This document shows, piece after piece, positions 34,645 through 35,392 of a stretch of DNA of 35,392 nucleotides; positions within the stretch are counted from its first letter, which is position 1; every line of letters starts with the position of its first letter. The stretch is from a virus (taxonomy: Duplodnaviria; Caudoviricetes), in the IMG/VR virus record IMGVR_UViG_3300020045_001097, positions 1 to 35,392 of that record. The stretch is one strand, 5' to 3'. A program made the position numbers and the translations under genes. Under the pieces are notes generated by a model. The model ran no database searches. It had not been told where the DNA came from and was given only the letters and a program-made list of their open reading frames with translations.

Positions 34645-35188
34645 TATAGTGGCTAGAGCCACGCCATAGCGCAGCTACTAGGTTAGGATTAGTGGAACTA
34701 TTGTATTACCAATAGTCATCACAAGCCTAACGCTTGCTTGCTTGCTAACACGTTAGGGTACATACAGAGAATACAACAATCCCCTATTGTAGAGCCTAAT
34801 CGTGGGCGGTATATACATATCCCCCTGTGGTCTTAAGACACGCCCTATGCGCCATACAAAGATGGTACACAGGATTACCCTAAGCGAAAGATAGCCGGTT
34901 TTACCCGCTCCGCCGCGACCAGCCAACCGTCTCCCGGTCTGGTCATACACACGATACCTTGCGGTAGCTACAAGATTACTGACTCCCTAGCACGGTACTT
35001 GATTCCCATTGCTAGCTCATTGCCATTGCTTGCGTGCAAGTATAGTTGCCTATACAAATCCCCTACTTGTCAGGTAGAGTGTCGGACAATCCTTGGCACG
35101 TCTCCAAGGCGTCTAACTAATTGCTTTTTACGGTAAGCCACACCGATGGTCAACACGTATTACTACTTAGCCCTACCGAGCGAAGCTC
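34645..35188 (-). ncRNA. Candidate large structured non-coding RNA (~540 nt)
   Basis: No credible ORF; more than ten hairpins, two GCAA tetraloops, a canonical kink-turn (34980-35025), and a long-range helix UUAGGGUA/UACCCUAA. Confidence 0.55.
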
Positions 35189-35392
35189 TTACCCTATCAG
35201 TTGCGTTGAATCAGTATAACCTTTCCAAGCGCGTTCGATAAGCGTAGGTCGCAATCCGTTAGCTAAGTTAATCTTGACGATTGCCATAACCTTATCGCGT
35301 TGCTTGCCTTGCTTCGATGCTTCCTCTCTTACAAGGCGCATTGACAGCTTGTCAAGCATGCGTTCCTTAGCGCGTTTCTTGCGTTCATTACG
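35189..35392 (-). CDS. Basic hypothetical protein, 5'-truncated by the window edge
   Basis: Open frame RNERKKRAKERMLDKLSMRLVREE...STQLIG* running off the window. Confidence 0.55.
   Translation of the reverse strand, partial: RNERKKRAKERMLDKLSMRLVREEASKQGKQRDKVMAIVKINLANGLRPTLIERAWKGYTDSTQLIG

Noticed and set aside
34641-34651. T7-like promoter core CACTATAGGGA on the - strand
   Set aside because: The upstream specificity region does not match, there is a single copy, it doubles as an RBS, and no phage RNA polymerase is in the window.
34753-34950. 65-aa ORF in the ORF track
   Set aside because: No RBS, atypical composition, and it lies wholly inside the hairpin-dense region; treated as non-coding pending data.
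34890-35095. RNase P RNA or group I intron identity for the large structured region
   Set aside because: AAGGAUUGUCCG and AAAACCGGCUA only loosely echo RNase P P4, and the other conserved regions are missing; no group I P7 pairing or interrupted exon was found.
35341-35355. Palindromic TTGACA-gct-TGTCAA as divergent promoters
   Set aside because: It lies within an open coding frame and neither side has a convincing -10 box at 16-18 nt.

Overview
Partial genome (about 35 kb) of a lytic podovirus-type tailed phage, probably infecting a Proteobacterium. Its two arms converge on a bidirectional terminator at about 12.0 kb. The + strand (0.4-12 kb) carries a P22-like tail and ejection module (gp4-like adaptor, fibre/spike, gp10-like hub, GNAT-like protein, three ejection proteins) and a lysis cassette (GH19 endolysin, 3TM holin). 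The - strand (12-35 kb) carries nucleotide metabolism genes (class II RNR, MazG-like pyrophosphatase, a DfrB/R67-type DHFR homologue, DUF3310/gp1.7-like protein, metallophosphoesterase) and T7-like replication genes (endonuclease I, Cas4-like exonuclease, SSB, PolA, primase-helicase). It also carries a phiEco32/LUZ24/PA11-type ATP-grasp + two amidoligases + two glutamine amidotransferases cluster and small early genes. No RNA polymerase, integrase, capsid, portal or terminase gene lies in the window; near-consensus sigma70 promoters indicate use of host RNA polymerase. The most unusual signals are: (1) a roughly 540-nt hairpin-dense non-coding region with a kink-turn and GNRA loops, plus a repeated covarying two-hairpin RNA motif in the early region; (2) four small genes downstream of the polymerase, each starting in a progressively more degenerate copy of the polymerase 3' end; (3) substitutions at conserved PolA pocket residues; (4) strong enrichment of the palindrome CGTACG; (5) a perfect antisense promoter next to a long hairpin. 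The first ~360 bp look chimeric (102-bp perfect inverted copy of 708-809). All calls come from motif recognition and manual reading; no searches were run.
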